Source of the DNA: Cyanophora paradoxa CCMP329
Lineage: Eukaryota > Plantae > Glaucophyta
DNA length: 64,000 nucleotides
Assembly: GCA_004431415.1 (NCBI GenBank)
Contig: QPMI01000588.1
Coordinates: 62,001-126,000 of the forward strand
Direction: 5' to 3'
Made by a program: the position numbers and the translations under genes. This document shows, piece by piece, positions 1 through 13,100 of this stretch. The notes below the pieces were generated by a model that searched no databases, was not told the DNA's origin, and was given only the letters and a program-made list of their open reading frames with translations. The stretch's first letter is position 1; each line of letters begins with the position of its first letter.

Positions 1-2730
1 GGCGCGGCGGAGAAGGCGCTGCTGCGGGCGGGCCTGCACAACGCCGACTTGCGCGACGTCGCAGCTTTATCTAGAGCGATGCAGAGTCTGCTTCATACCG
101 CAGGCAACTTCGTTCAGCAGAAGTCGCTCCAGAAGGCGCAAGCGAATTTAGAGAAAACTCTTTACGATCTCAAGCTCAACACGCAGACCAGCAGAATGCG
201 AGCAAGCTTAGGCGGCGACGTCAAGACCAGCCTGGATACGGCCATGGAAGAGCTCACTGGCTCCTTCGTCTACTTCAAGGGGCGCCTCCACGAGTCGCAG
301 AACGTGGCGAATCTCGCCGAGGCGGAGAAGGAAGCGGCCCACAGGAGCGCAGTGGCGAGGAAGGAGGCCCGCGCGCTTGCAATGCGCTTCCTGCGCCTCG
401 TCCAGCCGGAGGACAAGCAGGCGCAGGCGCTCGTCTCGGTCGGGTTTATCCCCGAGCTGATCGAGCTGGAGACGCGGCGGGGCAACCACAGGCGGGTTGC
501 AGAGGTGTACATCGAGTTCTGCGCTGACTACCACCGCGCCGCCGAAGCCTACGCGTGCGTCGTATTTTAATAAGAAATAGAAAGCAGACTTTTCATTTGA
601 CTTCTCCCTCCTCAGGCGAGGCAATCATTATTCGGAGGCGGCGGAGACGTTGCTTGAATTTGCACGGGCCGGATTTGACTTTCGGGGCTCGTGGGCGCAA
701 GGAGCCCCGCAGCCGGCGGTCCGCGAGGCACTGCAGCAAGCCGCGGACCTCCTGCGCGCCAAAGACGCCGCGATCGGTTCGGGCATCGATGTTTGATTTC
801 TAACATCCTTGATGGCTGTCCATGAATTATTTTCGCAGGCAAGGCGGCGATCCGCCTGCGCCTGATCCTTAACATCGTTTCCGGCCTCGTCGACGGCCTC
901 GCCAGCGGCTGCAGCTGGAGCGAGCTCGCCGGGCGGGCGGTCACCCTCGGCCGGGCTGACCTTGCGCTCCTCTGCCGCCTTCGCGGGGCCTCCTCCTACT
1001 CGGACGCCAGTCTCTTGGAGGGCCGCAGTCCGGCGCTGCTCGACGAGTACTTCGGGTCAGCAGAGGCGGCCGTGCAGCAGCTTGTGCAGCTGCGGGACGG
1101 CGTTTGGAGGTACGGCTGCAGCGGCTCCCTCACGTCGGCGGCGATGGAGGCCAAGCGGCTGCTGCTCGCGCGCGACCACCCGCGCCGCCGCGGCGTCCTC
1201 GTCGTCCACGCCTTCGAATTCGCGGCCTCCGTCCTCTCGGCGAGCGAGGTGGAGGTCGTGGCGTGGGCCGCCGGCGCCCGCGCGCAGCTGGAGGCCGCCA
1301 TCGACGCCGTGCTGCCTCTGCTCGTGGACCGCCTCGTCGGCGAGCGGCAGCTCCAGCGCGCCGCCAAGGCCGCCCTGCTCCCCCGCACGCCCCGCTTCAC
1401 GGTTAGGGCCCTCGAAATACTGCTCACGGTGCGCTTTTGCGGACGTCCTTCCGATCTTTCGTAGCGAACAACGCGAAACTCGTGATTTTCGCAGGGCTCG
1501 ATGCCGGAGTTCCGCTTCCTCGAGCAGGTCCTGCAGCGCGACAAGGACGAGCGGACTAACCTCGTGTCCCCCGCGGAGAGAAGGGAGTACCTCGCGCGCT
1601 GCGCCGTGGCGCTCGCGGCGCAGCACCGCGCCAAAGTGGACGCGGAGGTGCACAAGGCGGCGCTGCACTTCGTCGAGCTGGCGGCGCCGTGCACGCCGGA
1701 GGACGCGGAGGCGGCGTTCAAGCAACGGCTGCCGGCCGCGGAGACGCGCACCGCGCTGCTCGAGCGCTGCGGGCTGCTGCCCGAGCTTATCGCCTTCGAG
1801 TGTGGGCGGGGCAACGCGACCCGCGCCGCCGAGGTCCACAAGTGGCGGCCCGACTTCCCCGCCGCCGCCGGCCTCTACCGGCGCGCCCCCGCCCCCGCCC
1901 CAGCCGCCCCCGCGCACGCTTCCGTGATTTTCGCACTCTGCAGGGACAAGAAGAAGGCCGCGGAAGCGCTCTTCCTCCACGTCCGCTCTTTCTTCTCCGC
2001 CTGCGGGCGGGAGCACCCGTCGCTGGCCGCCGGCGAGGGCGCCGGCGCCGCGGTCCGAGGCAAGCTCCTCGCCATCGTGCAGGGCCTGCGCATGCGGGCG
2101 CACGACGGTGCGGTTCACGGCTTTGAGCTCCTCACATGTCACATATACAGCTCTGATCATGCTGGATCTGCAGCCGACCCCCTGCGGCCTCAGCTGGAGA
2201 TGCTGCACGCGGCGCTGGAGCCGCCGGGAAGCGTCCCCGCCGAGCGCTGGGCCCTCCTCGCCCAGCAGGCCCGCGGCCAGCCCGACCTCGAAGCCTTCTG
2301 CCGCCGGCGGGCGCTCCTCGCGTCGGACGGCGGCCCTTCGGGCGACGTGGCCCTGTCTGCGATCCACGCCCTCTCCGCCCTCCTCGACGAGCTGCCGACG
2401 GACGCCGGCGCCACGCCAGGCCCCGCCGGCTTGTGTGCCCTCGCCGCCTTCACGACGCGCCGCTGCGGGCGGGACGAGTGCCTCGCCCTGGAAGCGGGCT
2501 GCTGCCTCGCGGCGGCCCCCGCGCGGGCGGCCGAGGCGGGTGCAGAGCGCGAGGCGGCGGCGCGGGCGGCCGAGGCGGGTGCAGAGCGCGAGGCGGCGGC
2601 CCCCGCGCGGGCGGCCCCCCCGCGGCTGCTGGCGGAGCTGCGGGAGCGGGTGCTCGGGCGGGCCTTCGAGCTAGGGCTCCCCGAGCCGCAGCTCCTCGAG
2701 CTGCGGGCAGCCCTTGGCTTCTTTGTGTGA
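1..2730 (+). CDS. 3' part of a multi-exon alpha-helical/TPR-like protein, resembling the C-terminal region of TRANK1/UvrD-like helicases; 5' end lies outside the window
   Basis: Coding-like exons (1-~555, ~615-650, ~840-1430, ~1495-2730) separated by short introns. A motif resembling the TRANK1-family 'M.F...FL...DEL...E...GN...AA' block occurs twice: AMRFLRL...VGFIPELIELETRRGNHRRVAEV and ALHFVEL...CGLLPELIAFECGRGNATRAAEV. Family assignment is by motif recall only. Confidence 0.4.
2521..2598 (+). repeat. 39-bp coding tandem duplication (ARAAEAGAEREAA x2)
   Basis: gcgcgggcggccgaggcgggtgcagagcgcgaggcggcg occurs twice in tandem. Confidence 0.85.
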
Positions 2731-3208
2731 ATACGAGAACGACCATTTGCCATTATGCGGACCACGCGCCCATCCCTGCAACTCCCAACCCCCTGACCCT
2801 TGAACTTCTCGCTCAAGCAGGCAGCCACCAATAAAGTCAGCGCGTGGTCGGGCGGAGGCTCGAGCTCGCGATCGGGCTTCCCCAGCCCGAGCCGCAGCTG
2901 CAGCCGAGCTGAGTTAGCAGTTATATATATTGAAAATCGAAACCAACATAAAGCCAATCGCAAATATAGATAGAGGCACAATGTCATCGAATCGCATCCG
3001 ATAGAAGTATAAGCAACAGCTCAAATGATCAAACACCTACGATCACATGCATCCTCGCGAACTACGTGCACCCTAATTTGATAAAGAGAAAGAGGGGGGC
3101 AGATTCGAATGATCATGACACAATGTTTCTAGCAATTTCCGAAGTTCGTTTAAATTCAGTACTTATCACAGCTCGCTGAGTCGAGTCGACTCGCGATCTG
3201 TGAATTTA

Positions 3209-4749
3209 TTAATTAAGGCCACTGCGTTGCAACCGCTCCGCCTCGGCGATCGTCTTTGGGATGGTGCTCCACCCGAACGCATCCACTAATTCCTGATCTT
3301 TCGGATTATTTTCATGCAAAGGACAACAACGCCTAAAGCATCTAGATCTCGGTAAAACTCTGGAAAATTACCTCGAACAGCAAGCGAGCACGACTGAAGA
3401 GAGCCTCGGGGTCCTCAGAAGTATCGAATCCCATCGCAACGTGCCGGAGGTGATCCGCGAGCGCCAGATCGAACGATTCCGATGCAGCGTTACCGTTGCC
3501 GAACGCCCAGCTGCAGCACGAAACCTATCAAACCATATTAATTTTCGGACGTTATATGTTGTCATAAAGTGTGTATGTATCCGTATATCTTGGTGCGAGC
3601 ACCATCATTCGCGCCGATTCACAGAACATGTCTTCGTCCGAAAGCCCAGGGGATCGCGGGAACTATGTAATGAATAAACAACAAGAGGAAGCACAAGAGT
3701 AAGCGATTAAAAAATAGAATTCCGACAACTCGCGCACATTTGAAACCAGATACTTGAACGCAGTTTTAGCCGCCTCTATCCCTCTGTTCCTGATGTGACG
3801 ATCACAAAAACAATTGAATTTAATCGAGGAAGAAGAATCATTGACTGGCCCTGAATCCTTGCGTATGGCCTCGAGAAGCATGTGGATGAACTTCAACTTG
3901 TCTTTAACATCACCGTAGATCTCAAGCTGATTCCACCTCCAACTCGCGTCATCCAGAAAGAATTTAAAAATCTGCTGGTCTTCCTCGGCTGCTTCCAGTG
4001 GCACCAAGACTGACAGGACTTCCGCCACAGCTGCTTCTTTCGTCTCTCCCGGCAGGGGGCGAGCAACCCGCTCTCGCAGAATCGCCTCGCAGTCTTGTGA
4101 ATGCCTATGGCGTGTAGATATGATGCGCTGTTACAGGTACTTCCCCACAAACATCGGTCTCGTAAACGGGACCCTGTCGCTTGACAGGTCGGCGAGCTCC
4201 AGTTCCCCGCGTGCAGTCGCGGCGGCACACTCGGCGATGAGCTCCGCGTCGGCGGGAGTGGCTGAGCGCCGCACGAACGTGGCTGCAGAGCGAATTCCCT
4301 CCTCCCAACTGCGCGCAAAAATACTGAGAAAAACATATGATACTGCGCGCGAACAAATGCAATCCAAATAGTCATTAAAAAATATAATACAACTGCGATA
4401 GCGTCTGGCGCGCGGGGCGCGCGCACCCGTACTCGCAGCAGACGCGAAAGAGCGAGAGTGCCGTCGGCACGTTCTGCAAAAGCCCCGCAAGCGGTTCGCC
4501 GGTCCCGTACAGCGCCCGAAGGAGCATTTCGAAGGCGTCGGGGTCCTCGGGAACGTCGAGTTTCACGAGCTGAGGAGACCCGATTGCGAGCGGCGGCAAT
4601 TTCGCGCCACGAGCACGCCAGCGGTCAGAAAGGAGAGCGTCGAGGAAGGATGCGCGACGGAGGAGCTCCGAGTCGAGGAAGTAGCGCCGATCGCCGACAA
4701 CGAGCTGGACGTCGGCGTACCGCGCGTTGTTGAAGTAGCGGCTCTCCAT
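3209..4749 (-). CDS. BTB/POZ domain protein, multi-exon
   Basis: First exon MESRYFNNARYADVQLVVGDRRYFLDSELLRRASFLDALLSDRW...VPEDPDAFEMLLRALY...CCEYG is a typical BTB fold. Downstream exons were joined by eye to a stop at ~3209 (...AERLQRSGLN*); the 3' end is uncertain. Confidence 0.75.
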
Positions 4750-5122
4750 TCTTTCCGCGGCCGCGCGCGTCACGTCTGCGGGTATTCGAATATCGGCGCG
4801 TGCTAAACAGCGACAGCCGCGCGCGGGCGCGACAGGCGGTTTCCTTGCGGTCAGTTACTTTGCAGTTGCAGATTGCGGACGTGCCCTTAATGCAAGGAGA
4901 ATGAGCTTTCTCTCTAGCTAGCGGGAAGAGAAGATAAAAGCTAACAGTTGTAATCGCTTAGAGGAATCCCGGATCCGGAAGAGAGAAGAGGGGGAAATTT
5001 AGTCGGGGAGGGACGGAGCGATATCAATGATCTAGGGCCTCTCTTTCTCTTCCATGCGGCACACGCATTCGGAATCCTGACGTTGAATTTAGGTTCACGG
5101 TTTACATGTCGAAACATTCGAT

Positions 5123-8100
5123 TCAATTTGCAGAGGAGTATTCTCGCGGCCGGCTCAGTTCACCAGCGCCGGAGAGCGACAAGGAGGGCGGCCTCCGCGT
5201 GCGCATCGCCCCCCGCGGCCGCCGCCGCCGCCTCGAATTCGCCTGCCGCGGCAACGGATCCGGGGGGCTTCGGCTCTCCCTGCGCGCGGTTCGGGGCGCG
5301 GCGGCCGCGGCGGCCCCGGGGCGGGACGCCGGCGTTGGCGCCGGCGCCGGCTGCGGCCGCGGCGAGGGCGGAGAGCGGCCCGGGCCGGCGATCGCGAGCC
5401 CCGACCCGCCGCGGCCCAGGAGCCGCGGGCCGCCGGCGGAGCCTCCGTGGCGTCGACCCGAATTTCCGGTGCCTCCTCTTCGGCGGCGGCCTTCGCCTCG
5501 GGGCGGGCGAGGAACTCGCGGAGGGACATGCGCCCCTTCGCCTTGCGCTCCGCCTTCGCCTTCGAGCTCGCGGCCGGGCCGGCGCCGGCACTCCGGGGCA
5601 CCGCCGGCGGCTGCTCGGCCTCCGCCGGCCGCGCGGGACGGGCGCGAGCTCCCGAGGGCCACCGCCGTGCAGGGGAGGGAGGCGGGCAGGAGGGCCGCCG
5701 CGGCCCGCGCAGCTTCGGCGGAGGCGAAGACCGCCAGCGCCCGCGGCGGCCCGCCGGCGCCCGCCGCGGCGGGGATGACGGCCTCCAGCTCCTGCCGCAT
5801 TATGAATATCGATTATGAATTGCCTTTTGGTATTCGAGTGCGAAATCAGACTCACCGCGCCGCAGTCCGAGCGGCGGAGAGCCAGCGACACCGCCTCCGC
5901 CTTCGCGCCGCTGACCAGAACCGCCCTCTCCGCGCGGCACGCCATCGCCTCCTGCCTCGAGAGATCATAAACGCAATCTAAGTATCGAGTTCTAAGTTCT
6001 AAAATTTCGCTTCGATTTCGCACCTCCCACTCGGGGCTCTCTTTGGCGACGAGCGCCGTCAGCGATGCTTCGCTCGCGGCAACGTTAACGATGGTCTCGG
6101 CCTTTGCAGATTCTTCCATCGATTTCGCCTGCAGGATTTAATTTGTAATTGTCACACGGCGCGTGCGCGAAAAGCATAATCGCCGTGCACGATGAAGGGC
6201 GCGCCTGGAGCTTCAGGCCCTTCAGGCGGGCCTCGCACTCGCGGCGGAGCTCGGCGTCCCCCGCAGCGATCGCCTCCGCCAGCGCCGCCCCCGCCGCCTC
6301 CTCCGTCCCCTCCCGCAGCGCCGCGCCGACTCGCGCCCGCGCCGCTTGCGAGACTCGCTTCAGCGCCTGCTCCGTTTTCGCGGTCAGAGACCAAAAAATG
6401 GCTCTAAATCTATATTTTCGGCAATCCATCGAGGTCGCCGGGTCGCAGATCGAGCGCACCGCGCGCGCGTCACGCAGCTGGGCCTGCCGTGCCGAGCTGG
6501 AGGAGCCGGAGGCGCCGGTGTTCAGAGCCTCCAGCGCCCGGACCGCCTCCCGCAGCTGCGGCACGCTCCCGCCCGAACGAGCCGCCGTCACCTGCGCTTG
6601 CGATCGCGAGCTCGAATGAACGCCACGGCCAGATTCGATGGACTCGCAAATACTTCGCGGACATTCGCAACCGCGGAACGCCATTCGAGCGCCTGGGCGT
6701 GCCTCGCCCGGAGATCCGCCGCCTGTCTCGAATGTGAGCGGATTCCGGAATTCTTTGGCGTTGACATTAGTGTCGGGGCGTGCGCGCGCCAGAGCCGCGA
6801 AGCCCGAGGACGCCAGCGCCCGCGCCGCCTCCTCCGCGGGCTCGATGGCTCCCGGTCCGGAGCCCAGCTCGATCTCCCGCAGCAGCGCTTCAGCGGATGC
6901 AAGCGTGTCGACCTGCGCTCGAAATTCGAGAATTTGTCATCAATAAGTTTCGCGGCTCGATTTCGCAGCCTATTTCGCATTGAAAACCGCCAGAAAGCGC
7001 ACCACCGTCTGCAGGATGAGGAGCCTTTCGGCAGCGCTCCGAGCGACAGACGAATCGGCGGCCCCGCACTTCTTCGCGCGGTGCAGAGCAGCCGAGAGAG
7101 CGCGGGCCGCCTCCGAAGGCCCGCCGCTCGGCTCGCCCTCCGCGGCGGACAGAGCCTCCGCGAGATCGCGGGTGGCATCCTGCCGGAGCCGCAGCGCCCG
7201 CAGGCGCGCGAGCGCCTGCGCAACGACCTCCGAGCGACCGGAGCCGCTGCGGATCGCCGTCGCGACCGCCTCTGCGAGCTCCGATTCCGTCACGGATGCT
7301 TCCGGCTGAAAGTGGGTAGTGAGATTATAAATATATATGTGGGTAGTGAGATTATAAATATATATGGGACAGAGCCATTGACATTGGTTGGAATTATATG
7401 TAGCGCACCTTTGCGCAGAGAACGCGCAGAGAGTCGAGGCTCGATTTGGCTGCTTGGCGGCGCAGCTCGCCTTCCCGGTGCCGCGCTTTTTCCTCGTGCG
7501 TTTTCAGCCAACATTCAATTTGACGCCTGACGCGCGCGTCGAGCTTTTTGTCGTTCAGCAGCCGTGCAATCTCCATGTTGTCTTTCTCCTCTTCATCGCG
7601 AAGGTTTTCTGCTCATGATCAGGCGTGTATGTCGATAATCGGGACACAAATCGTGGCGCCGGACGATCATGATCAAGCACCTGTCGGAAATGGACGGCAC
7701 CGGCAGCGGCTGCACGTTGCGCGGAGGACAGCGGCAGAGCCCAGTCTGCGATGCGTCAATAATGGTCGTGCCAGACCTGCAGCTGCAGGCGATGCAAATC
7801 TGAACGAATTCAAATCGCAAGGACGCTTGCCTGCACAGGGCAAGCTCATCCCGCACGTCCTCCAAAACTTTCGATTTGGCATCGACGATGGAGCTCGTGT
7901 GCGGATAGCCGTGGTCTTTCAGCATGTGGTTTCTTTCTAACAGTATCGCTCTCTCCAATATCTGCGCATGCAGAATACTTGAGAAATAGGTCTGAGCTAA
8001 TGATGATCCGCCAATGCAGAGCAGACCTCCAGAATCGGTGTCGCGCGTGAAAAGAGTCCCATATCGGTGAGAAGAAGCCCGAATACATTGACGGCGTTTT

Positions 8101-9760
8101 CCTACAACCAGGAGTACCGCAGTATTAGCGAAACTCGCAGCGTTTCGATACGAGCGAGTCACGGACGAGCTGTCTCCACTCGAAAGCGATTTGAGACCTG
8201 TGGAAGCCACCATGTGAGCACCTGAGGCTCTCCAGTCGGTCCAGGCAGATCTCCACAGCGCGCTGCGAATTGAAAGCAGATATATATTGGTGGACCGGAG
8301 GCATATATCAACACCGAAGCAGCTGCGCACCTCGGCGGCTTGGATTGCACGAGGCAGCTGCAAGGCCTCGGCGTGCCAGTGCGCGATGTCGACGAGCAAA
8401 ATCACGCGCTCGTTGTCAGCGTACTTGTTTTGCCACGGCGGATTCGATTCGACGGCATCGAGAGCAAACTGTGGGAAAGATTCCAAGTCAGAGAAAGACT
8501 GATCCATATGGTTATCTGCACTCGGCTTGGTTTGCTTTACTTGCCTCTAAACCACTGAGGTTTGTCTCATACTCATCCACTGGTATCGCGCGTTCATAAT
8601 TCAAATAATGACCGCCGGAATACAGGAATTCGTCAACTTCCCTGATTTGCAAAGACGGGATTGTAGATGAAAGATCAACGAAAACTTCATTGCCGGCGAC
8701 GGTGCAATGAATATCACGCACCAATAGCTCGCGTGCATCGATTCGTTGCGCGCGAAGCCAGCAGTGCCGACTATGGCCTGAACGAAAGCACTCTGGTGAT
8801 GCAGTCCTTCTAGAACGAAACCCATTTGTTCGTGCGGTAATTCTTGCGGCCGTCTTCCCAGGACGCGCATGGCTCTCTGCGTCAGGAGTCGATTCGAGAC
8901 ACCACGATGAGCCGGCGCGGCGAAACTTACCATGTAAATATTCCGAGCGGAGAAATGAAGCACCTCTCCGCGTTCATCCGTCTTCGAGAGAACATATGAG
9001 AAAATTAACGGTCGACGTATTCGACGCATTCGTGAGCGTGATTATAGAATTAATTACATTTACCGCCGTCGATGCGATTTTTTCGAGGGCGGCGGCGTAC
9101 GCTATGAGCGCCTGCCCGTGCTCGACGCTTTCCTCTCCAAACTCTGAAATCGCGAACTCGACTCCGCGCTGCAAAATCGACGTTGAAGCCCATGAGATCG
9201 ATCGCGAGCGCGCAACTATCACGGGCACATGTACATGCGCAGAGTCTTCCGCAGGCACGCGGCCTGCCTCGCCAAGGTTGCCTTACCGTTGCAATGTTAG
9301 TTCCGTCGAAGATTTGTCCCTTCTTCTGCACGTCCGGTTCCGCCGATGCCGAAGCGAGTCGAAACGCGAGCGCCTTTGCCTTGGATCGAATGCACTCCCC
9401 CGCAGGATTGCGCAGGGCAGATCTCTGCTCGAATATATAAATTTGATCATCGCGATCGATTTATCGATATCTCGAGGAAATTGCAACGCTGGCGCGAACC
9501 TCGATGGAAGCGAGCGCCGCGTCCAAATTGCCGCCGCTCGCGAGGCTAATGACGGTCATGAACGCATCGAAAGAATCCTCTGCGGGGCGGACGCCCCAGC
9601 GCGCGAATGTGTCGTCCCAGTCGGGTGCACGAGGAAGGCACCCGCAGGGAATGCCTTTCTTGACGATTTCGCTCATGAGCGCCACCAGCCGCCGGTCCAG
9701 ATCCGTCGCGATTTCGAGGGCGGGGTCCCCGGTGCCGATCCGGAAAGCCGACATTTTCTC
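5123..9760 (-). CDS. Large multi-exon hypothetical protein, helical/coiled-coil rich (could be two genes)
   Basis: Chain of minus-strand coding-like segments (9461-9754, 8974-9258, 8512-8724, 7593-8507, 7394-7610, 6970-7293, 6085-6600, 5155-6119) separated by short intron-like gaps; no recognisable domain. Confidence 0.4.
7312..7365. repeat. Perfect 27-bp AT-rich tandem duplication inside a putative intron
   Basis: gtgggtagtgagattataaatatatat at 7312-7338 and 7339-7365. Confidence 0.9.
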
Positions 9761-10158
9761 GATCTGCGAAATCGCGGGTGCACAATTCGCGGAGTTTCGC
9801 AGATTGATCGGCGCTCGCGATGGCGTGGCCTGAGCGCACCTGCAGCTGACGAATTCGAGCGTGCAGGCTCGAGTTGAAGCAAGTTTGAGTCTATCTAGCT
9901 CTTCCAGTCTAAATATTAATGTGGGATTAAATTCTCCTCTTTGAATTCACTTACGTATATATTCGCTTACTCTCTAAAATGTCTCCTCTAAAATGTCCTC
10001 GACGTACATGCAGCTTCGTGACAGCTATATGGGGAGGGGAGAAATACGCTCGGGGTAAGATCCTCGAAAGAAGAAACGCATTTTGCACAGCACGCTTAAG
10101 CACGCAGCTAGACCTCGACTGCAGCATATATATTTTGCAGCACGTGCACGCACACGGA

Positions 10159-13100
10159 ATGGGCCTTCAGCTTCGTGCGCGGGTCCGGCGAAAAGTGAGC
10201 GCTAGCGGCGCCGAAGCGGCAGCGGAAGAGGACGCGCCCTACTTGCAGACAGTCGAACTTGTCGGTCAGTCGCGCATGCGCACATTTGTCGGAGATGCAA
10301 TCTCGCGGGCAGAGGTACGAAACGATGTTCATTCGCAGCCGCGAAATTCGGTGTCTCGCTGGCCGACGGCCTCGACGAAGCGGAGGCGGCGCGCCGACTG
10401 GAGGAGAACGGGCCGAATCGCCTGCGCGGCGCGCACAGCTTCTCTGCTCTTCGGCTCCTCCGTGCGCCAAAGTATTTCTGAATTTCCCTCGCCATATGCA
10501 TTGCACACATATGCATTCGATGCTGACCCTGCCGGCGATCCTGGATCGGCAGTCGAGCACATGACCGCTCCGATCATTCTCATCCTCTACGCGGCGCTTG
10601 CTGTGACGATCGCGTTTCAAGAAGTCATCGACTCCGCGGTCATCGCAGCTGTCATCTTTCTGAACGTCTCCATCGGGTACGCGACGCCACCAGCCTGGCT
10701 TCCATTTTATACCCGCAGCTTAATATTTAATCTCGCCTACGCAGCTTTGCTCAAGAGTTTCGCTCGGAGAAGACGCTCGCAGCGTTGAAGAAATCCACGG
10801 CCCGTGCGCTCCAGTTGACGTTCATGCTCATGCTCGAGCTCGGCGCTTCAACTCGAGTTTGTTCACGAATTGCTTGCAGCTGTGGCGCGGGTGCTGAGAG
10901 GCGGCCGGGCGCAGGACATCAGCACAGACGACGTCGGCATATCCATCATCTCGCGCTCGCGCGCGATCTATAGAATCATTTCTAAGCTGTTTTAGGTCGT
11001 TCCCGGTGACATTGTGATACTTGAGGAGGGGGATCAGGTGCGTACAGTTATTACTTCAGCGTACGATTATGTAATTAGCAAGGTAAAGCGGGGTAGAGCA
11101 CAGCAGCCTGAAAATCCTAGAGTGCGCCCCCTGTTTCCAAATGATTGAATCGTCGTACCGTAGGTGCCCTGCGACATGCGCCTGGCGGCGGTGGCGGGAG
11201 TGGAGGCCGACGAGGCGCTCCTCACGGGCGAGGCGAGCCCCGTGCGGTGCGCGAAAACATAAACTGAATACAAGCGCGAGCGAACATAATTTCCGAAGTG
11301 AGAGTTAATATCGATACAGGAAGACACTGGCGCCACTACCCAACACCGGGCTGCAGCCGCCTGTCGGCGACCGCACAAACGTCCGCCCGCGGCCGGCACT
11401 CCGCGCGCGATCGCTTGAACTTTAGGCGGCGTTAATCGGATTTCTCAGATGGCCTTCAAAAACACGATCGTAACGCGGGGGCGCGCCAAGGGCGTCGCGA
11501 CGGCCACGGGAATGGGGACCGAGCTCGGACGCATTGCGGAGAAGCTGCAGCCCAAGCACGAAGCCACGCCGCTCCAGGTGCGCAAGCATACCTTTTGCCG
11601 CAGGGAAATGATATCGATGGCTTCTTTCGAAGCGGCGCATGAACTACCTGGGAGTAGGCCTCTTTCTTGTCGATGGCATCATTGTGCTTATCGTTTTTGC
11701 CCGCTACGGGGTGCGAACCTTCAATTTAATAAAGGCCTTTGGCAGTTTCAAGCCTGCGCAGTTTCAAGGGGACATGCACGAGGTTGCACTCTATGCGATC
11801 AGCGTGGCCATTGCCGTGCGCAAAAACGGCCGCGGGGTGGGTACCTGCAATGTTTCCTGATTATTGCCCCCGCCGCACAACAGATTATCCCTGAGGGCCT
11901 TGTGGCCGTTTTAACTGTCACGATGGTGAGCGAAAAGCTGTAAGCGGCCTTGCGATTGAACTTGCAGTCACTCATATCCGCAAATTTTCGGCAAGGCGAC
12001 TGGCGTTAGGCGCATGGCCCAGAAGGTGCTCACTTGATTGCTGAATTCGAAGCGACCACGAGTTGCGAATGCAGCATCCATATCAATCTCATTCCAGTTT
12101 TTCCTCGCTCGCAGCGGGCGGTTGTGCGGAAGCTGAACTCGCTCGAGGCCCTCGGCTCCGTAACCGACATCTGCTCCGTGAGCTTTTTCGAGAATCCCCG
12201 AAATTCTGGTCTCTGTCTGCTGTGTCTGATCGTCCATGACCTCTCGCGCAGGACAAGACGGGGACGCTGGTGCGGCTGCATCCGCACAATTTGCAAATTG
12301 AAGTCGGCCCCGGCAGCCGCCACGTGACGCTGGCGCAGACGCAGGGGAAGATGGTGGCGGTGGAGATCGACGTGGCGGGGGAGCGGGCACTGCACGGCGC
12401 GCATTTGCCTGTTTTCCCATTGAAGGCGCGGTCGTGACTGACCCGGTGATCTTTTCGAAACTCCAGTGACTGGCGAGGGGACGACACCCGTCGGAGAATT
12501 TGCAGAGGGCGGCGCGCCGAACACTGCTAGCGAAGGGGCCGGCGCGCCGCCCGCGGCCGCCGGAGTGCACATCGATTCCCCGCTCCGTCTCGCCCTGGAA
12601 TGCGCGGCCCTCTGCAACAACGTGACCGTCCTCCACATCTAGAACCCCAATATTAATGAGCGTCAAAGACATGTACAGCCACGATACAATCCGTTGCAAT
12701 CGCAAGCACTCTAACGCGCGCCTCGGCACGGATTCGAAGGCGACACTGCACTACGTCGAGGAATCGCCGGAGGGGCGCTGGGCCACGACGGGCGACCCGT
12801 GCGCCGCTTCAAACGCTCTTTTTGCTTCTCCGGTCCCGCGGAAGCTCAGGGGCCTCGAACAACGCAGGACGGAGGTCGCGCTGCTGGTGCTGGCGGCCAA
12901 AGGGGGCGTCCAGCGGGATGGTCTCAAGGAAGGCGGGATTCGCGTCGCTCACCAGTACGATTTCGACTCGACCTTGAAAGTAGCAGCCCCGAGCTCTATC
13001 TACGGCTGCGTTGGATTCGAGCGCCCTTTCGCAGAGGATGGCCGTCGCGGTCGCCGGTCCTGCCCCCGTGCGACGATTTCGTCGCGCCGTATGCTGCGCC

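Noticed and set aside
7312-7365. CRISPR-like repeat
   Set aside because: Two adjacent copies, no spacers, no cas genes, eukaryotic intron context
8996-9877. 293-aa plus-strand ORF
   Set aside because: Antisense to more plausible minus-strand exons; no motif and no ATG-supported structure
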